Assembly (NCBI RefSeq): GCF_009914755.1
Contig: NC_060927.1
Length of the DNA stretch: 64,000 nucleotides
Reading direction: 5' to 3' (one strand)
Source: the human T2T-CHM13v2.0 reference genome, Homo sapiens
Shown: piece by piece, positions 33,131 to 59,688 of the stretch
Numbering within the stretch: position 1 is the first letter of the stretch
Layout of the letters: the number at the start of each line of letters is the position of its first letter
Notes under the pieces: generated by a model
Databases searched by the model: none
What the model was told of the DNA's origin: nothing
What the model saw: the letters and a program-made list of their open reading frames with translations, nothing else
Made by a program: the position numbers and the translations under genes

Positions 33131-33873
33131 TCCCCTGGGGGGCCAGGTTCCTCCCTAGGTGTCCCGTACAGTCTCCACGGTGCTCACTCCACGACTCTTC
33201 ACCGGGCATCCTGCACTTGTGCACTCCGGCAGTCATTGGCCATAAATGGCTGCTGAGCATTTGAGATGTGTGGAGTGCAACTGAAGAACAGCATTTTGTA
33301 TTATTATATTATATCATATTTATTTTGAGACGGAGTCTCGCTCTGTCGCCCAGGCTGGAGTGCAGTGGCGCGATCTCCGTTCACTGCAATCTCCGTCTCC
33401 CGGGTTCAAGCAGTTCTCTGCCTCAGCCTGCCGAGCAGCTGGGATTACAGGCGCCCTCCACCACGCCTGGCTAATTTTTGTATTTTTAGTAGAGACGGGG
33501 ATTTCACCATGTTGGCCAGGCTGGTTTTGAACTCCAGACCTCGTGATCCGCCCACCTCGGCCTCCCAAAGTGCTGGGATTACAGGCGTGAGCCACCGCGC
33601 CCGGAGTATATTATATTTTTATATTTTTTGAGTCGGTCCGGAGTGCAGTGGCGGGATCTAGGCTCACTGCAGCCTCCGCTTTCCCAGGCTCAAGTGATTC
33701 TCGTGCCTCAGCTTCCGGAGTAGCTGGGATTACAGGCGGCGCCTCACCACCCCGGCTGTTGTATTTTTAGTAGAGAGGGGATTTCGCCATATTTGCCAGG
33801 CTGGTCTCGAACTCCTGGCCTCAAGCAATCCACCCACCTTGGCCTCCCACAATGTTGGGATTACAGGTGTTAG

Positions 33874-34107
<234 letters not shown>

Positions 34108-34225
34108 TGAACTCCTGACCCCAGATGATCCACCTGCCTCGGCCTCCCAAAGTGTTGGGATTACAGGTGGGAGCTACCACACCCGGCCCCAAATGACTTT
34201 GGATGTAACAACAGGAACAGTCTAG

Positions 34226-35166
<941 letters not shown>

Positions 35167-36306
35167 TCAGCATGTAGCTGTTTGTCCTGTGTGGGAGCCC
35201 TTGTGCCTCCTTCCATCCACTCTTTGAGGGTGGTGGGCTTTGTCTCTGCCTACTGTGCCAAGACCAGTTCAATTGGATAGCAAAGCTAAAGAAAGTAAAG
35301 ACAATGGACCGGGCGCGGTGACTCACGTTTGTAATCACAGCACTTTGGGAGGCTGAGGCGGGTAGATCACCTGAGGTCAGGAGTTCGAGACCAGCCTGGC
35401 CAACATAGTGAACCTCTATCTCTACTAAAAATACAAAAATAGCTGGGCTTGGTGGTGCGCGCTTGTAATCCCAGCTACTCAGAAGGCTGAGGCAGGAGGT
35501 GGAGGTTGCAGTGAGCTTAGATCGCGCCACTGTATTCTAGCCTGGGCACCAAGAGTGAAAGTCTGTCTCAAAAAAAAAAAAAAGGCAGTAACACTAAGTT
35601 GAACTTTAGAAGGATAATAACTTTTCCCTCTTGTCATGAGTGGCAAAGAAGATGTTTTGTGGTCACAGAGCTAGAAAGGTTCTTTGACTTGCTTAAGTGC
35701 TTCCCAGATGTGTCCAACATGGGCGGAGGCACATCGTGAGGTCCTGGAGTGTGCCTGTGATTCAGCACCTGTTCCCTTTTTGGAGGACTTATTTGCCTCT
35801 CTGAAGGATTTGCCTGTGAGTGGTCTCATGCTGGGGAGAGGCACCTAAGGAGTCAGGGCAGAGTCAGGACTCAGGAGGTAGGATCCCTTAGTTCAGCTGT
35901 GTGAGGTTACTCTGTGTCCCTCATTTTTTTCCCACCTGCTCAGTGGGATCAGAACCACCTGTCCCTCTGGAAGGGAGAGGCTTAGATGGTCTTTTTTGCT
36001 GAAAAGACTGAGGAGCTGCCTCCTTGCCTTGTGCTTTGCTCAGATGTAGCCACTGGGAGTGGCCAAATAATGGTACTCAGTTTTTCTTCTTCTAAAACTT
36101 TAGAACTTGAAATAGTAAGATTGCTTTGTTTTCCTCCTGAGTTTAGTCAGGAAAACAGTAACTTGGAAAATTACCCCAGACAGTTATCAAACAAGACTAT
36201 AATTTTATATATATATTTTTAATTTTAAAATGCTGCTCCATTTACACAAAAATGTGCAGTTCTGGATAGATACATAGTATAGGCACATATTATGGGGCCA
36301 GGATGA

Positions 36307-36942
<636 letters not shown>

Positions 36943-37460
36943 TAATGGTGTGATCTCTCACTTCATTGCAACCTTTGCCTCTGGGGCTCAAATGATCCTG
37001 CCACTTCAGCCTCCCAAGTAGCTGGGGCTACAGGTGTACACCACCACGCCTGGCTAATTTTTTTATTTTTTGTAGAGATGGGGTTCACCATTGCCCAGGT
37101 TGATCTTGAACTTCTGGGCTCAAGCAATCAGCCCACCTCGGCCACCTAACGTGCTGGGATTACAGGCATGAGGCACCGTGCAGAGCCTGGCCAGCTTCTA
37201 TGTATCTTATAAACACATATGCCTGGAATAAAGGGTGTCAAGGAGGAAGCTTCAGACTGCTGCTAAGACCCTCGTCCCCCTGAGAGGCACTCCCTTCCCC
37301 AGACTCTGTCCCTTCTACAAAGGCACAGGTCACAGGTTAGAAATATGACATCCCAGTTCCTTTTCTGAACTTTCAGAATCAGTGACACCCAAGGATCAGA
37401 AAAACATTCTTCTTTCCCCTCAGCAAAGATATGGAAGAGAAGGCTGGGCGCGGTGGCTCA

Positions 37461-37866
<406 letters not shown>

Positions 37867-38750
37867 TCACTTAAGGTCGGGAGTTCGAGACCAGCCTAGC
37901 CAGCATGGTGAAACCCCCATCTCTACAAAAAATACAAAAATTAGCTGGGCATGGTGGTGCATGCCTGTAATCCCAGGGAAGTTGAGGTGGGAGGATCACT
38001 TGAGCCCAGGAGGTGGAGGTTGTAATGAGCAGAGATTGTGCCACTGCATTCCAGCCTGGGCAATAGTGAGACCCTATCTCAATCAATCAATCAATCAATC
38101 AATCAGTTCCACAATAATTTGAAGAGGAATGAGAGTCTGACAAGCTGCGCTTTAGAAATGCTGTTGTAGTGGTCTTTAATACTTTTTTCTCCTTTTACTC
38201 ATGCTCTTTTGTAAAATAAGGAATAACATTGACAAGTTTTTAAAACAATATAATAATTATTATTTTTATTATTAGAGATGTGGGTCTCATTGTCACCCAG
38301 GCTGGTCTTGAAGCCGTGGATTCAAGTGATCCTCCCACCTCAGCCTCCCAAAGTGTTAGGATTACAGGCGTGAGCCACTGAAACCGGCCTGACACATTTT
38401 TAAAAAATATTTTCATTAAATCACAGACTTCTGTTTCTGTGTTTAACATTTTCTTTTTTTTTTCTTGAGACGGAGTCTCGCTCTGTCGCCCAGGCCGGAG
38501 TGCAGTGGTGCGATCTCGGCACACTGCAAGCTCTGCCTCCCGGGTTCATGCCATTCTCCTGCCTCAGCCTCCTGAGTAGCTGGGACTACAGGTGCCCGCC
38601 ACCACACCCAGCTAATTTTTTGTATTTTCAGTAGAGATGGGGTTTCACTGTGTTAGTCAGGATGGTCTCGATCTCCTGACCTTGTGATCGGCCTGCCTCG
38701 GCCTCCCAAAGTGCTAGGATTACAGGCGTGAGCCACCGCGCCTGGCCTAA

Positions 38751-39080
<330 letters not shown>

Positions 39081-39404
39081 TAACTAGAGTCACATAACAC
39101 ATGGGGGGAAATGATGCCTTGTCTCAACAGTTTTGCTAATTTTTAGGGTAGAAAGATGATGAGTGCTTAGAGTTTACCTTACTACATTTAATTAAGATCA
39201 GTGTTTCTGTAAAAATGTAATAGGGAAGTGGTGCAGAGCATAGAGAAGTTGACTCAAGCATAAGGCAGGAGGTGAGAGGAGCTCAGGGTCTGGGTCAGCT
39301 GAGAAGGCTCAGGTGGCCACAGCCAAGGCTCAGAGGGCTCTTGGGGATCCTCATGATGGGCCTGGTAGGGCTGGCTTCTCAAGGTTGCTTCTTTCTTTCC
39401 CCAG

Positions 39405-39457
39405 CTCTGCCTGCCAAGGATTCTGCCTGGCCCTGGGAAGAGAAGCCTAGATATCTG
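39405..39457 (+). CDS. ZNF589: ZNF589 coding exon 2
   Basis: Pyrimidine tract + CAG | (A)LPAKDSAWPWEEKPRYL | GTGAGT, 53 nt, phase 1-0. Confidence 0.9.
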
Positions 39458-40796
39458 GTGAGTTGGGCCCGCCCTTCTCTTTTCTGAAATGCTGGCTCAT
39501 TTCTCAGAGAATGGGCTCATCTGTCTTTCTTGGGAAGGGAGGAAGTGATTAACATTTAAGTGGTTTATGCCTTGTGTTAGCCATTGTTCTAGGCTTATTA
39601 TAATGGTTTTTGCACTTAGTCTTTCTATTTTTTGAGCTTATACAAAAACATGACCAAGTTTAATTTTAATTCAGAGTATTCTAAAATATAATGGTAACTT
39701 TTTATAAAAACCTTGGGTTATTAAGATCCTAAAATGCACTATTAAAGTTCCCTACATCAACATTTGCACAAATAGTTATAACACTTTAATAGTATCTAAT
39801 AGTCTGATCTTGTACATTGGACCTCTTTTTCACATTTTGTTTTAGAAAACAAAGATGCAAAAGTAGAAAAAGAGTTAACTCTTCTGTATCCATCATCCCA
39901 CTTCAGCAGTTATCAACTCATGGCCAATTTTATTTCATCTCCATTCCCACTGGATTAAAGAAAATCCAAGGCATCATACCATTTAATCCATAAATATTTC
40001 AGTCCTGTGTTTAAATCATTAACAGCTGTAGGAGATGGGTGGTGACATCCCCATTTTCGAGATGAGATCATCTGGCTTAGAGGGATTACGTGATTTATGC
40101 ACAGGGACACGTGGATGGCCAAATGGTAGAGTCAGGAATTAAATCCAGATTTCTCTGATCTCAAACCATGAATTTTCTGTGATGCCTTCTTGACTGTTTT
40201 TTTCTCCTAGAAAACTACCCAATGATAAAAGAACACACTTTCCAACTCTACGAAATGGGGTTATGTTTTGGATGAAGAGCCTCATAGAGTTCACCCCCTT
40301 GTTCTGATGTTGCATATCCCTCTCCCCCAACCCCTGTGATCTTTGCTATACCAGAAATTTAATTTATTGGTTTCTGGGCACAGGACTGTGTGAGATTCTG
40401 GGAGCTAGCCAAATAGAGTTGTTAAATTCACTGTCCTTATTCTCAAAGATCCAAGATTCTTTAGGAAATGATGCATAGAGACAGGAAATAATGACACTGG
40501 TAATAATTATGATGAAGACAGCTAAAACTGTAAAATAGTACAGGGAAAGACTAAGTGTTAGCCTGTAGCTGTTAAAACAATGCACAGCCACAAAGAATGG
40601 TCTTAGGTTTGGATTGATAATCAAATTCATGGTATGCAATGTACTTTAACCCTGCATTAAATTCGCGTAGCTTCATGAAGGGATAGAGTATAGGAGACAT
40701 AGTAGGCACACCATTCTTCTCAGGAGGTTTTGTACCAGTCTCTAGGGCAGCTTCCAGGCCATAGGGGCCAAGCTTGATTGATACAGATGAGGGTGA

Positions 40797-41268
<472 letters not shown>

Positions 41269-41607
41269 TAGAATTCAATATCGTTTCTGATTTTTTTCTG
41301 AGGTAAAATGTACATACAGTGAAATGCACAAATTTTGAGTTTACCTTTTGAGTTCAGCACTTCTATAGCTATTCGTTAGGCATTCACATAGCTTCCTTTT
41401 TTTGATGTGTCTGTTCAAAGTTTTGACACATTTAAAACAATTTATGATTGACATATAATGTTTGTACCTTTTTATGGGGTACAATGTGATGTTTTCACAC
41501 ATGTATACCTTGCGTAATGATCAAATCGGGGTAATTAGCATATCCATCACCTTAAACATTTATCGTTTCTTTGTGATGAGAACATCCAAAAGCCTCTTTT
41601 CTAGCTA

Positions 41608-41928
<321 letters not shown>

Positions 41929-42378
41929 TTATTATTGTTAACTCTAAGCTTCCTACTTTGCAATAGAATGCCAGAACTTATTCATCCTGTATAATGTGGT
42001 TCTGTATCTGTTGACGAATCTCTCTCCTGCTTTCCTCTCCCCTCTCCTCTCCAACCTCTGGTAACTACTATTTTACTCTCTACTTTCTTTTTTTTTTTTT
42101 TTTTTTTAATTAAATAGAGACGGGTCTCACTATGTTGCCCAGGCTGGTCTCAAACTCCTGGACTCAAGCAGTCCTCCCCTCTTGGACTCTCAAAGTGCTG
42201 GGATTACATGTGTGATCCATTGCACTTGGCCTACTCTCTGCTTCTTTGAGAACAACTTTTTTTTTTTTTGAGACAGAATCTCCCTCTGTTGCCCACGCTG
42301 GAGTACAGTGATACGATCTTGGCTCACTGCAATCTCCGTCTCCTGGGTTCAAGTGATTCTCCTGCTTCAGCCTCCTGA

Positions 42379-42576
<198 letters not shown>

Positions 42577-42695
42577 TGAATATTTTGTTCTAGCCTAGAG
42601 CCTGCCTATTCGTTTTCTTAACGTCTTTTGATGAGCAAGAGTTTTAAAATTTTGATGATGTTTGTTAAAACTATAAAATGGTTTTTTAAATATGA

Positions 42696-43392
<697 letters not shown>

Positions 43393-43533
43393 TTAGTTTT
43401 TTTTTGGTGTGGTATGAGATAGGGATTGGCGTTCTTTATTTTTAAATTTGGGCGTTCAGTTCTTCCAACACTGTTTTTTTGAAAAGACTTTCCTTCCTTC
43501 ATTGAATTCCTTTGATACTTTTGTTAAAAATCA

Positions 43534-43922
<389 letters not shown>

Positions 43923-43948
43923 TTATGGTGAGTCTTAAAATCAGGTAG

Positions 43949-44176
<228 letters not shown>

Positions 44177-45193
44177 TAGCCAGGATGGTCTCGATCTCCT
44201 GACCTTGTGATCCACCCGCCTCGGCCTCCCAAAGTGCTGGGATTACAGGCATGAGCCACCATGCCCAGCTGTCTTTTGCATTTTTATATAAATATTGAAA
44301 TCTATCAATTTGAAATTGAAAGTCTTATCAATTTGTACAATGGGATTTTGATTGAATTGCTTTGAATTTTTATATTAGTTTGGGGGAGAATAATATCTTT
44401 TTTTTTTTTTTTTTTTTTTTGAAACGGAGTCTCGCTGTCGCCCAGGCTGGAGTGCAGTGGCAGGATCTCGGCTCACTGCAGGCTCCGCCCCCTGGGGTTC
44501 ACGCCATTCTCTTGCCTCAGCCTCCCAAGTAGCTGGGACTACAGGCCACTGCCACCTTGCCCGGCTAATTTTTTATATTTTTAGTGGAGACGGGGTTTCA
44601 CCATGTTATCCAGGATGGTCTCAATCTCCTGACCTCGTGATCCACACGCCTCCCAGAGTGCTGGGATTACAGGCGTGAGCCACTGCGCCCAGCCATGAGA
44701 ATAATATCTTAACATTATTGAGTTTTCTGGTCCATCAGCGCAGTATCTCTCCATTTATTTAGACAATTTTTTCCTCATTTATGTAGATCTTTATCTTAAT
44801 AATCTGGGCGTTTTTTATTTTTATTTTTTGAGACAGAAGATCCCTCTGTTTCCCAGGCTGGAGTGCAGTGGTGCAATCTCAGCTCACTGCAGCCTCTACT
44901 TCCTAGGTTCAAGTGATTCTCTTGCCTCAGCCTCCTGAGTAGCTGGGATTACAGGCGTGCACCACTACACATAGCTATTTTTTGTATTTTTAGTAGATGG
45001 GCTTTTGCCACGTTGGCCAGGCTGGTCCCAAATTTCTGACCTCAAGTGATCCACCTGCCTTGGCTTCCCAAAGTGCTTGGACTACAGGTGTGGGCCACCA
45101 TGCCGGGCCATCACCGTTAGTATTAATGAACCAATAATAATGGTGGTTATTAACTAAAGTCCAACTTTATTCAGATTTCTTTAGTTTTAATGA

Positions 45194-45484
<291 letters not shown>

Positions 45485-45822
45485 TAGCCAGGATGGTCTC
45501 GATCTCCTGACCTCGTGATCCACCCACCTCGGCCTCCCAAAGTGCTGGGATTACAGGCGTGAGCCACCGTGCCCGGCGCTAGTCAGATATTTTGTAGATT
45601 GTCCCTTACTTGGGATTTGTTTGATGTTTTCCTCAAGTGAGAGGATTGCTTGAGCCCAGGAGTTCAAGACTAGTCTGAGCAACACAGCAAGAACCCATCT
45701 CTATAAAAAATTAAGAAATTTGCTGGGATTGGTGGCATGTACCTGTATCCTAGCTACTTGGGAGGCTGCCGTGGGAGGATCACTTGAGCTCAGGAGTTTA
45801 AGGCTACATTGAGCTATTATTA

Positions 45823-50320
<4,498 letters not shown>

Positions 50321-51442
50321 TGATTACTTTTTGAGAACCAAAAATTATTTACTTATTTTAAAAATCAGTTTTCACTTAAATATAAAACATTCTATTGCTT
50401 AGTTATAGCAAATTGTAATAGCAAGTGTTTACTGCATGTGAGGCATTGATGTCAGTGCTTTATCTTTATTAAGACAGTAGGTGTCATTATCAAGCCCATT
50501 TTATAGATGTGGAAACTAAGACACAGAGAGGTTATGTAAGCTTCCAAAGGTCATGTATTGTATAAGTGGCAAAGCTGGGATTTGGACTTGTGCGGTCTGA
50601 CTCCATAGATTGGGCTCCTACTACATCCACTGAGCAAAAAGCCTAGCTTCCATTGTAGCTGAGCCTGTTGTTTTATGTTTCAGTGGAAAAACTAGAGGGG
50701 GAAGAGGAGTCAAGAGAGAAATGGAGAGGATATTGGAACATGAGAGACACAAGGCTTGAACAAGAGAAATTATGAGACCTGGGGTATAAAAAGAAAAGGG
50801 GAAAGATCACTGAGAATATGAGAACCAGGATGTGCCTGAAGCAGCAGGTCATGGAAAGCATGTAAGGGACAGCAGCCCACACCACTGCCCGCTCAGGCCT
50901 TGGCTGCCTAATCCTGGGTCCTGGCCTGCTGTCTAGACTTTTTGTCCTCCCTCGTACACTGTGCCACGCGGCCTGACTGCCTGGGCTGCTGGCTATAGAT
51001 GTGACATCCCTCCCAAAACTTCTCACACACTCAAGGATTTCAGTATCTACACCTAGTTTCCTACTCTTAGCTCAGCATCATTATTATTCTCTACTGCTTC
51101 TGCACTTCTGTGCTGGGTTTTATTAAATCTCTTTTATAGTCCAGCTCTCAGGGGAGGATGCTAGGAAGCTCTGGCTTGGTAGCCTTGCACTGTGTTTCCT
51201 TCAGCCCCTACTGTCATCTTTGATTTGCTAGAAGCTTAATTAGTTTAGCTTTAGAACCTGGAATATACATTACCAACTCCTAGAGTGCCAAGGACCACTT
51301 GGAAGGTGGACAAGAAGATTGATGTATACCTGAGAATAGGAGGAAGAAGCTGAGTCAGAAAAGAGGTACTCAGGGTAATCAGAGGCAGCTGGGAATAATG
51401 TGCAACTGTTCCCAAAGTCTGCAGAGTGAAGTTAAAATTCTA

Positions 51443-51763
<321 letters not shown>

Positions 51764-51931
51764 TCACTGAGCAAATAATGCTTGAATTCAGTAGAAGTTG
51801 ATTGGTGACTCCCTTGGTATCTGAGGGCAATGCCACCTTTCAAGTGTAACTAAAGATAGAACACCACTGAATACTCATTTAGAAGAGAAGAGACTTGACG
51901 ATGAAAAAGCATATGGTGTATGTTTTTTTGA

Positions 51932-52096
<165 letters not shown>

Positions 52097-52136
52097 TAGA
52101 GACAGGGTCTCACTGTGTTGCTCAGGCTAGTCTTGA

Positions 52137-52421
<285 letters not shown>

Positions 52422-52587
52422 TAACCTCCCACCTCGGCCTCCCAAAGTGCTAGGATTGCAGGTGTGAGCCACCGTGCCCGGCCTAGATCAATTTCTTATG
52501 TAGCTAGATGCTCCAAGACCACCAGTTCCATTTTCACTGTGAATCTTAATGGTGACTTGATGAATATGAATTTATCGGTTGATTTAG

Positions 52588-52797
<210 letters not shown>

Positions 52798-53983
52798 TAG
52801 AACATATCAGTGAATAGAATAATAAAGCATTTCTTCTCTCGTGGAGCTTATATTCTAGTATAGGTAGACTGACAATATACAATAAGCAGCATATATAGGT
52901 AAATTATATATGTCAAAGGATAATAAGTGCTACATAGCTAAAAAAAAATGTATAAGATATATATAAATATAAGTAGAGTAGATTAAGGGAGATCTGAAGT
53001 GCCGGGTGTGGAGGCAACTGGCTGAACTTTTAAATTGCATGATCAAGGTAGGCCTCTATGAGGAAGTACATTTGAGCAAAGGCTTGAAGGAGGTGAGGAG
53101 GTTGGATATGTGGGTCAGGTGGGAAACTGCTCCAGACAAGGGGAAAGCAGTGCCAAGGCCCTGGAGGCAGGAGCATATCTAGTCCTTTGGAGGAAAAGCA
53201 AGGAGGCCAAGGTGGTTGGAGTACAGAGAACAAGGAGGAGAATAGTAAGAGATGCCTTCTATGACCTAGAAGTTGGAAATGTTTAACGTTTAAGGTATAA
53301 ATCTGTCAGTTTGATGTTTTATAGATTACTGGATATCATACATCATGTTTTTATTCACTTATTTAAAAACTAAAACTGATTACTAGGTTAGCAAATACAA
53401 AATTATTCTGGATATTCCTGAGTTCTTGATGAGAGTCAGATTTTCAAAGTTCCTCACATTTCTCTCAGCATCTTTCTCAAGGTTTGTCTTCATCTGGCAT
53501 AGCTATGAATTACATAGTTCTGATTTGTTCTCTTTGCATCTGCTTAGACCTATTTTGCACTGCTTTAATCTAATTTGAATTGGCCTCATTTCAATCCTAG
53601 TTGCCTATTTCTGTTTCAGTGTAGGTTCATCCATTTAAGTTAGCTTTCAATTGGCCAATCTGATTTGGTCTTGTTTCATCTGGTCTTGTTACTCTTTATC
53701 TTTATGCTCATACATTTTGTTGATTCTGAAGAATATGTTAAAATTGCCTTAAAATAATCTGATTCAAATTAATCTTGACCCTGAAACTTTGGATCTCACT
53801 GTATCCATTTCAGGTGTTAAACTGTTTTCATCCTTGATCCATCTTTCCCTTTCTCTCTACATCACTTTTTCTCTTATTGCTGAATTATTTAAAGCAAATC
53901 TCAAATATCATGACATACCACTCCTTTATATCACAGTGCAACTCCAATAAATAGGGACATTTTATTTTATTTATTTTTTTTGA

Positions 53984-54169
<186 letters not shown>

Positions 54170-54853
54170 TAGCCAGTCTGGTCTCGAACTCCTGACCTCA
54201 GGTGATCTGCCCGCCTCAGCCTCCCAAAGTGCTGGGATTACAGGTATGAGCCACTGTGCCCGGCTTCACATTTTCTTATATAACCACAGTATCATGATCA
54301 GAACTCACAAAGTTATCAGTAGTGCTTCAGTATCATCCAACACCTAGTCCATGTTCAAATTTACCTGATCATCTCAAAAAAGTTTTTTTGCAAATTTGAA
54401 TCAGGATTCAGATGAGATCCACACATTCCATCTTCTAAAAACTTCTCTTAATTTATATCAATTCCTTCTCTCTCTCCTTCTTTTTTTCTTCCCTGTAGCC
54501 CACGGATTTGTTTGTAATGTTCTGACTCTAGAATATAAATCTATTTTAGATAATATCGTAATTTTTGCATGGTAGGTTGTAAATCAAGAGAAAATAGTTT
54601 TGAGCTTTACCAAGAGGTGTTCACCAATATGAAAAAAAAATACATCACTCATGGCAGTGCTGGTTGTGGTGTTTGAGTAACCGCTTGCGTAGCACACTTA
54701 GGTCTGTCACCACTAGAACACATGTAGTCATCAATAAGGCATATCCATGTGTGTCTGCATTTGTAGCTATCATGTCCACAATGATCTTCCTGTAAGCACT
54801 TGATTGCTCTGGTATGTCTCATAATGTAGCCTTGTCAAGAGATTACATATTGA

Positions 54854-55206
<353 letters not shown>

Positions 55207-55298
55207 TAGGGCATTACATTATTAAAACATTCTGCAGCTGGGTGCGGTGGCTCATGCCTGTAATCCCAGCACTTTGGGAGGCCAAGGCGGGCAGATCA

Positions 55299-55572
<274 letters not shown>

Positions 55573-56197
55573 TTAAATATGAATTTTGTTTCAGGACAGT
55601 AAGTGAGATGTTACAAAATATAGGTTATAAAAAGGAGGCTTTTGTTCTGACAGTATTAGAGAACATCTTCTGCCTAACCCTCTAGTCCTTTTTTAATTAA
55701 CTTGGCTCCTATCACTCATTTACTCAAAAGTATGTATTGATTATTAAACACTGGGTCTAGTTCTGCATTCTTAGAATATACCAGTGATATGTATGGGAGA
55801 AGGGTTCTGTAGACATAGAAACCAGCCAGTGTACATCATCAGGAGGGGAGGACAGTGTGGCTCAGATGGAGCAAATGAAGGCTGGAGAATAGGTTGAGTC
55901 AAAGAAGCAGTAGGTGGAACCCAGTGGGCCCTCTAAGCAGCTTGGCTTTTACTCTGAACATTATGGACTTTCTTTTTTTTAAGTTGAAGGGTCTTGTTTA
56001 TTAGAAATGTAGAATAAAGAAGGAAGAGGCCGGGCATGGTGGCTCACACTTGTAATCCCAGCACACTGGGAGGCCGAGGCAGGCAGATCATGAGGTCAGG
56101 ATTTCGAGACCGGCATGACCAACATGGTGAAACCCTGTCCCTACTAAAAATACAAAAGTTAGCTGGGCGAGGTGGCACGTGCCTGTAATCCCAGCTA

Positions 56198-56650
<453 letters not shown>

Positions 56651-56756
56651 TCACTCCCATTCCATTCTTCTGTTCCTGCTTCTAGGGCAGAACTCTGTGG
56701 TTCCAGGGCTTAGTGTCTTTTGGATGGATGGGGGTCCAGTTGGCTTTAATATTTAA

Positions 56757-57188
<432 letters not shown>

Positions 57189-59165
57189 TAGCTGGGATTA
57201 CAGGCCGGCGCCACCATGACCGATTAATTTTTGTATTTTTAGTAGAGACGGGGTTTCACTATGTTGGCCAGGCTGGTTTCGAACTCCTGATCTCAGGTGA
57301 TCCCACCCTCATTGTTCTCCCAAAGTGCTGGGATTACAAGTGTGAGTCACTGTGCTGGCCAGAAGAATTTTAACCAAATGTGTAGACCCATGGATTCATT
57401 CCATCCTATGCAGAGTCCTGGTCTTCCATATTTAATTAGCACAAATGCCATAAAACTGCCTTCCTACTATTTAGTAGTTCTCCCTGTGAACTATTCACTA
57501 AAGTTTCTTTACTATTCATTCCCTTGCCTGACGATTAAATAAACTCAAAATTTTTATTTATTTATTCACTTGTATTAAGTTCTGATGGTCTTTATTACCT
57601 GAATTTGGATTCTAAGCTCTATTATTATTATTATTATCCTTAATAATAATAATAGACCCCATAATAAATATCACTCACTATGGGCCCAGCATTGCGCTTT
57701 GTGCTCTGTAGGGCTTTACATAAAGACCAAATGTAATGCTGGTATTATTTCATAGATCGGGAAATTGAAGTTTAGAAGGATTAGTAACTTTGTGTCCACA
57801 GTCATAAAGTAAGAAAAGACAAGACAGGGTTCAGGATGCCAAAATATGTGTTCCTAAATACTCTAAATACACCACAAATAACTCTGAACTTTTTAAAGGT
57901 CTATGTTCTATAAATAATGAGATCCTTGCTACTTTGACTAGGCCTTTGAAGAAAAGAAGCCAGTGAGAATTAAGCCCCCTGACATAGATGCAATACCTCT
58001 TGGGAAAGCTAACCACCTTTGGCCTTTGAACTACATCTAGGGCCAGGAGTGTTCCAGGCTTTGACTACTCTAGGCTTGCAAAGCTGCCATCCAGACATCC
58101 TGATCATCAGATTCCCAGACACCCAGCCCAACTGCTCCAACTCTCTCAGGACAGGAAGAGGGATGAGGACTAGCTAAGCTATGCTGCTCCAGAGGAGCTA
58201 CTGAAACCAGGACCCCCATCCATCCAGAAGAAATGAAGCCCTGGAATCATAGAGTGCTGCCCTAGAATCAGGAATCGAAGAATGTGGTGGTGGGAGTGGG
58301 TGACTAAAGCCAAATAGGGCCGGGCGCCGTGGCTCACGCCTGTAATCCCAGCACTTTGGGAGGCCAACCAAGGCGGGCAGATTGCCTGAGCTCAGGACTT
58401 CAAGACTAGCCTGGGCAACATGGTGAACGCCGTCACAAAAAAGTTCCTGTTGTTTCCCATGATTAGATTCAGATTATACACTGCACTCCATTTTTACTTA
58501 TTACATATTTTACTTTAATCCAAAAAAACCCACAGCCGAATCTATTCTATATATTATCGCAACAGAGAATCTTCCAAGTAGGCATCCAGACATCCTCAGT
58601 GTTGTAAATATCTACAATTATACTAAAATTATCCTCTACCATAATCACATAATGCCATAAGCATTTGTTTCCACTGAGAGAACAGTCTTTATGACCTATA
58701 CGGGAATGCTCTTTGTGACTTTTCCTTTGAGAAGAAAGGATGGATTGAGATAGGAGTCACTTAGTCTCGATGTCCCCCAATGTAGAATGCAGTACAGAAT
58801 AGTATTGAAGAATGTGCATAGGAAGCCTTCATTTGAGTTTCCCCACTCATAAGTAGATATTTACTAGAGGAAGATTACATGCCAAGTTCTACCAGAAGTG
58901 AGGATTCATCAGTGGAGAAGACAGGCACAACTGACTTAAAGAAGGCTGGCTCTTGGTCCTCCAATCCAAGACCTGCTCTTCCCTGTTTTCCACAAGTCGG
59001 CAAATACAGTAATGTTACCATTTAGCTGCACTTTCCTAAGAAATATCAAAATTAAATTGCAACTGTTTCTAACCAGCTGAAGATAACAAACAACCATGAA
59101 CTTTTTGTAATCCAGGAGGCCAGACCCTTTATCAGCCTAACTGAAGACCCTTGCCTAACTAATAA

Positions 59166-59405
<240 letters not shown>

Positions 59406-59688
59406 TGATCTGCCCGCCTCCGCCTCCCAAAGTGCTGGGATTACAGGCGTGAGCCACTGTGCCCAGCCCTTTGTATTATTCATATTCTTGCAACTTTTCT
59501 GTATATTTGAAATGATTTCCAAATCAAAAGTTTGAAGAGGTTGAATGAAAATATAGGTCCTGCACAGCACATCTTGGGGAGAAAGACTTTAATCATTGAG
59601 AATGATTAATGGGCCAGGTCTTATCATAAAACAAGAGCCCAGTCAGCCCTTCCTATGACTCTTCTGACTGGAAACTTTCTTTCTTCAG

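Noticed and set aside
57619-57655. 15-bp inverted repeat (ATT)n/(AAT)n
   Set aside because: Low-complexity microsatellite; expected by chance or slippage
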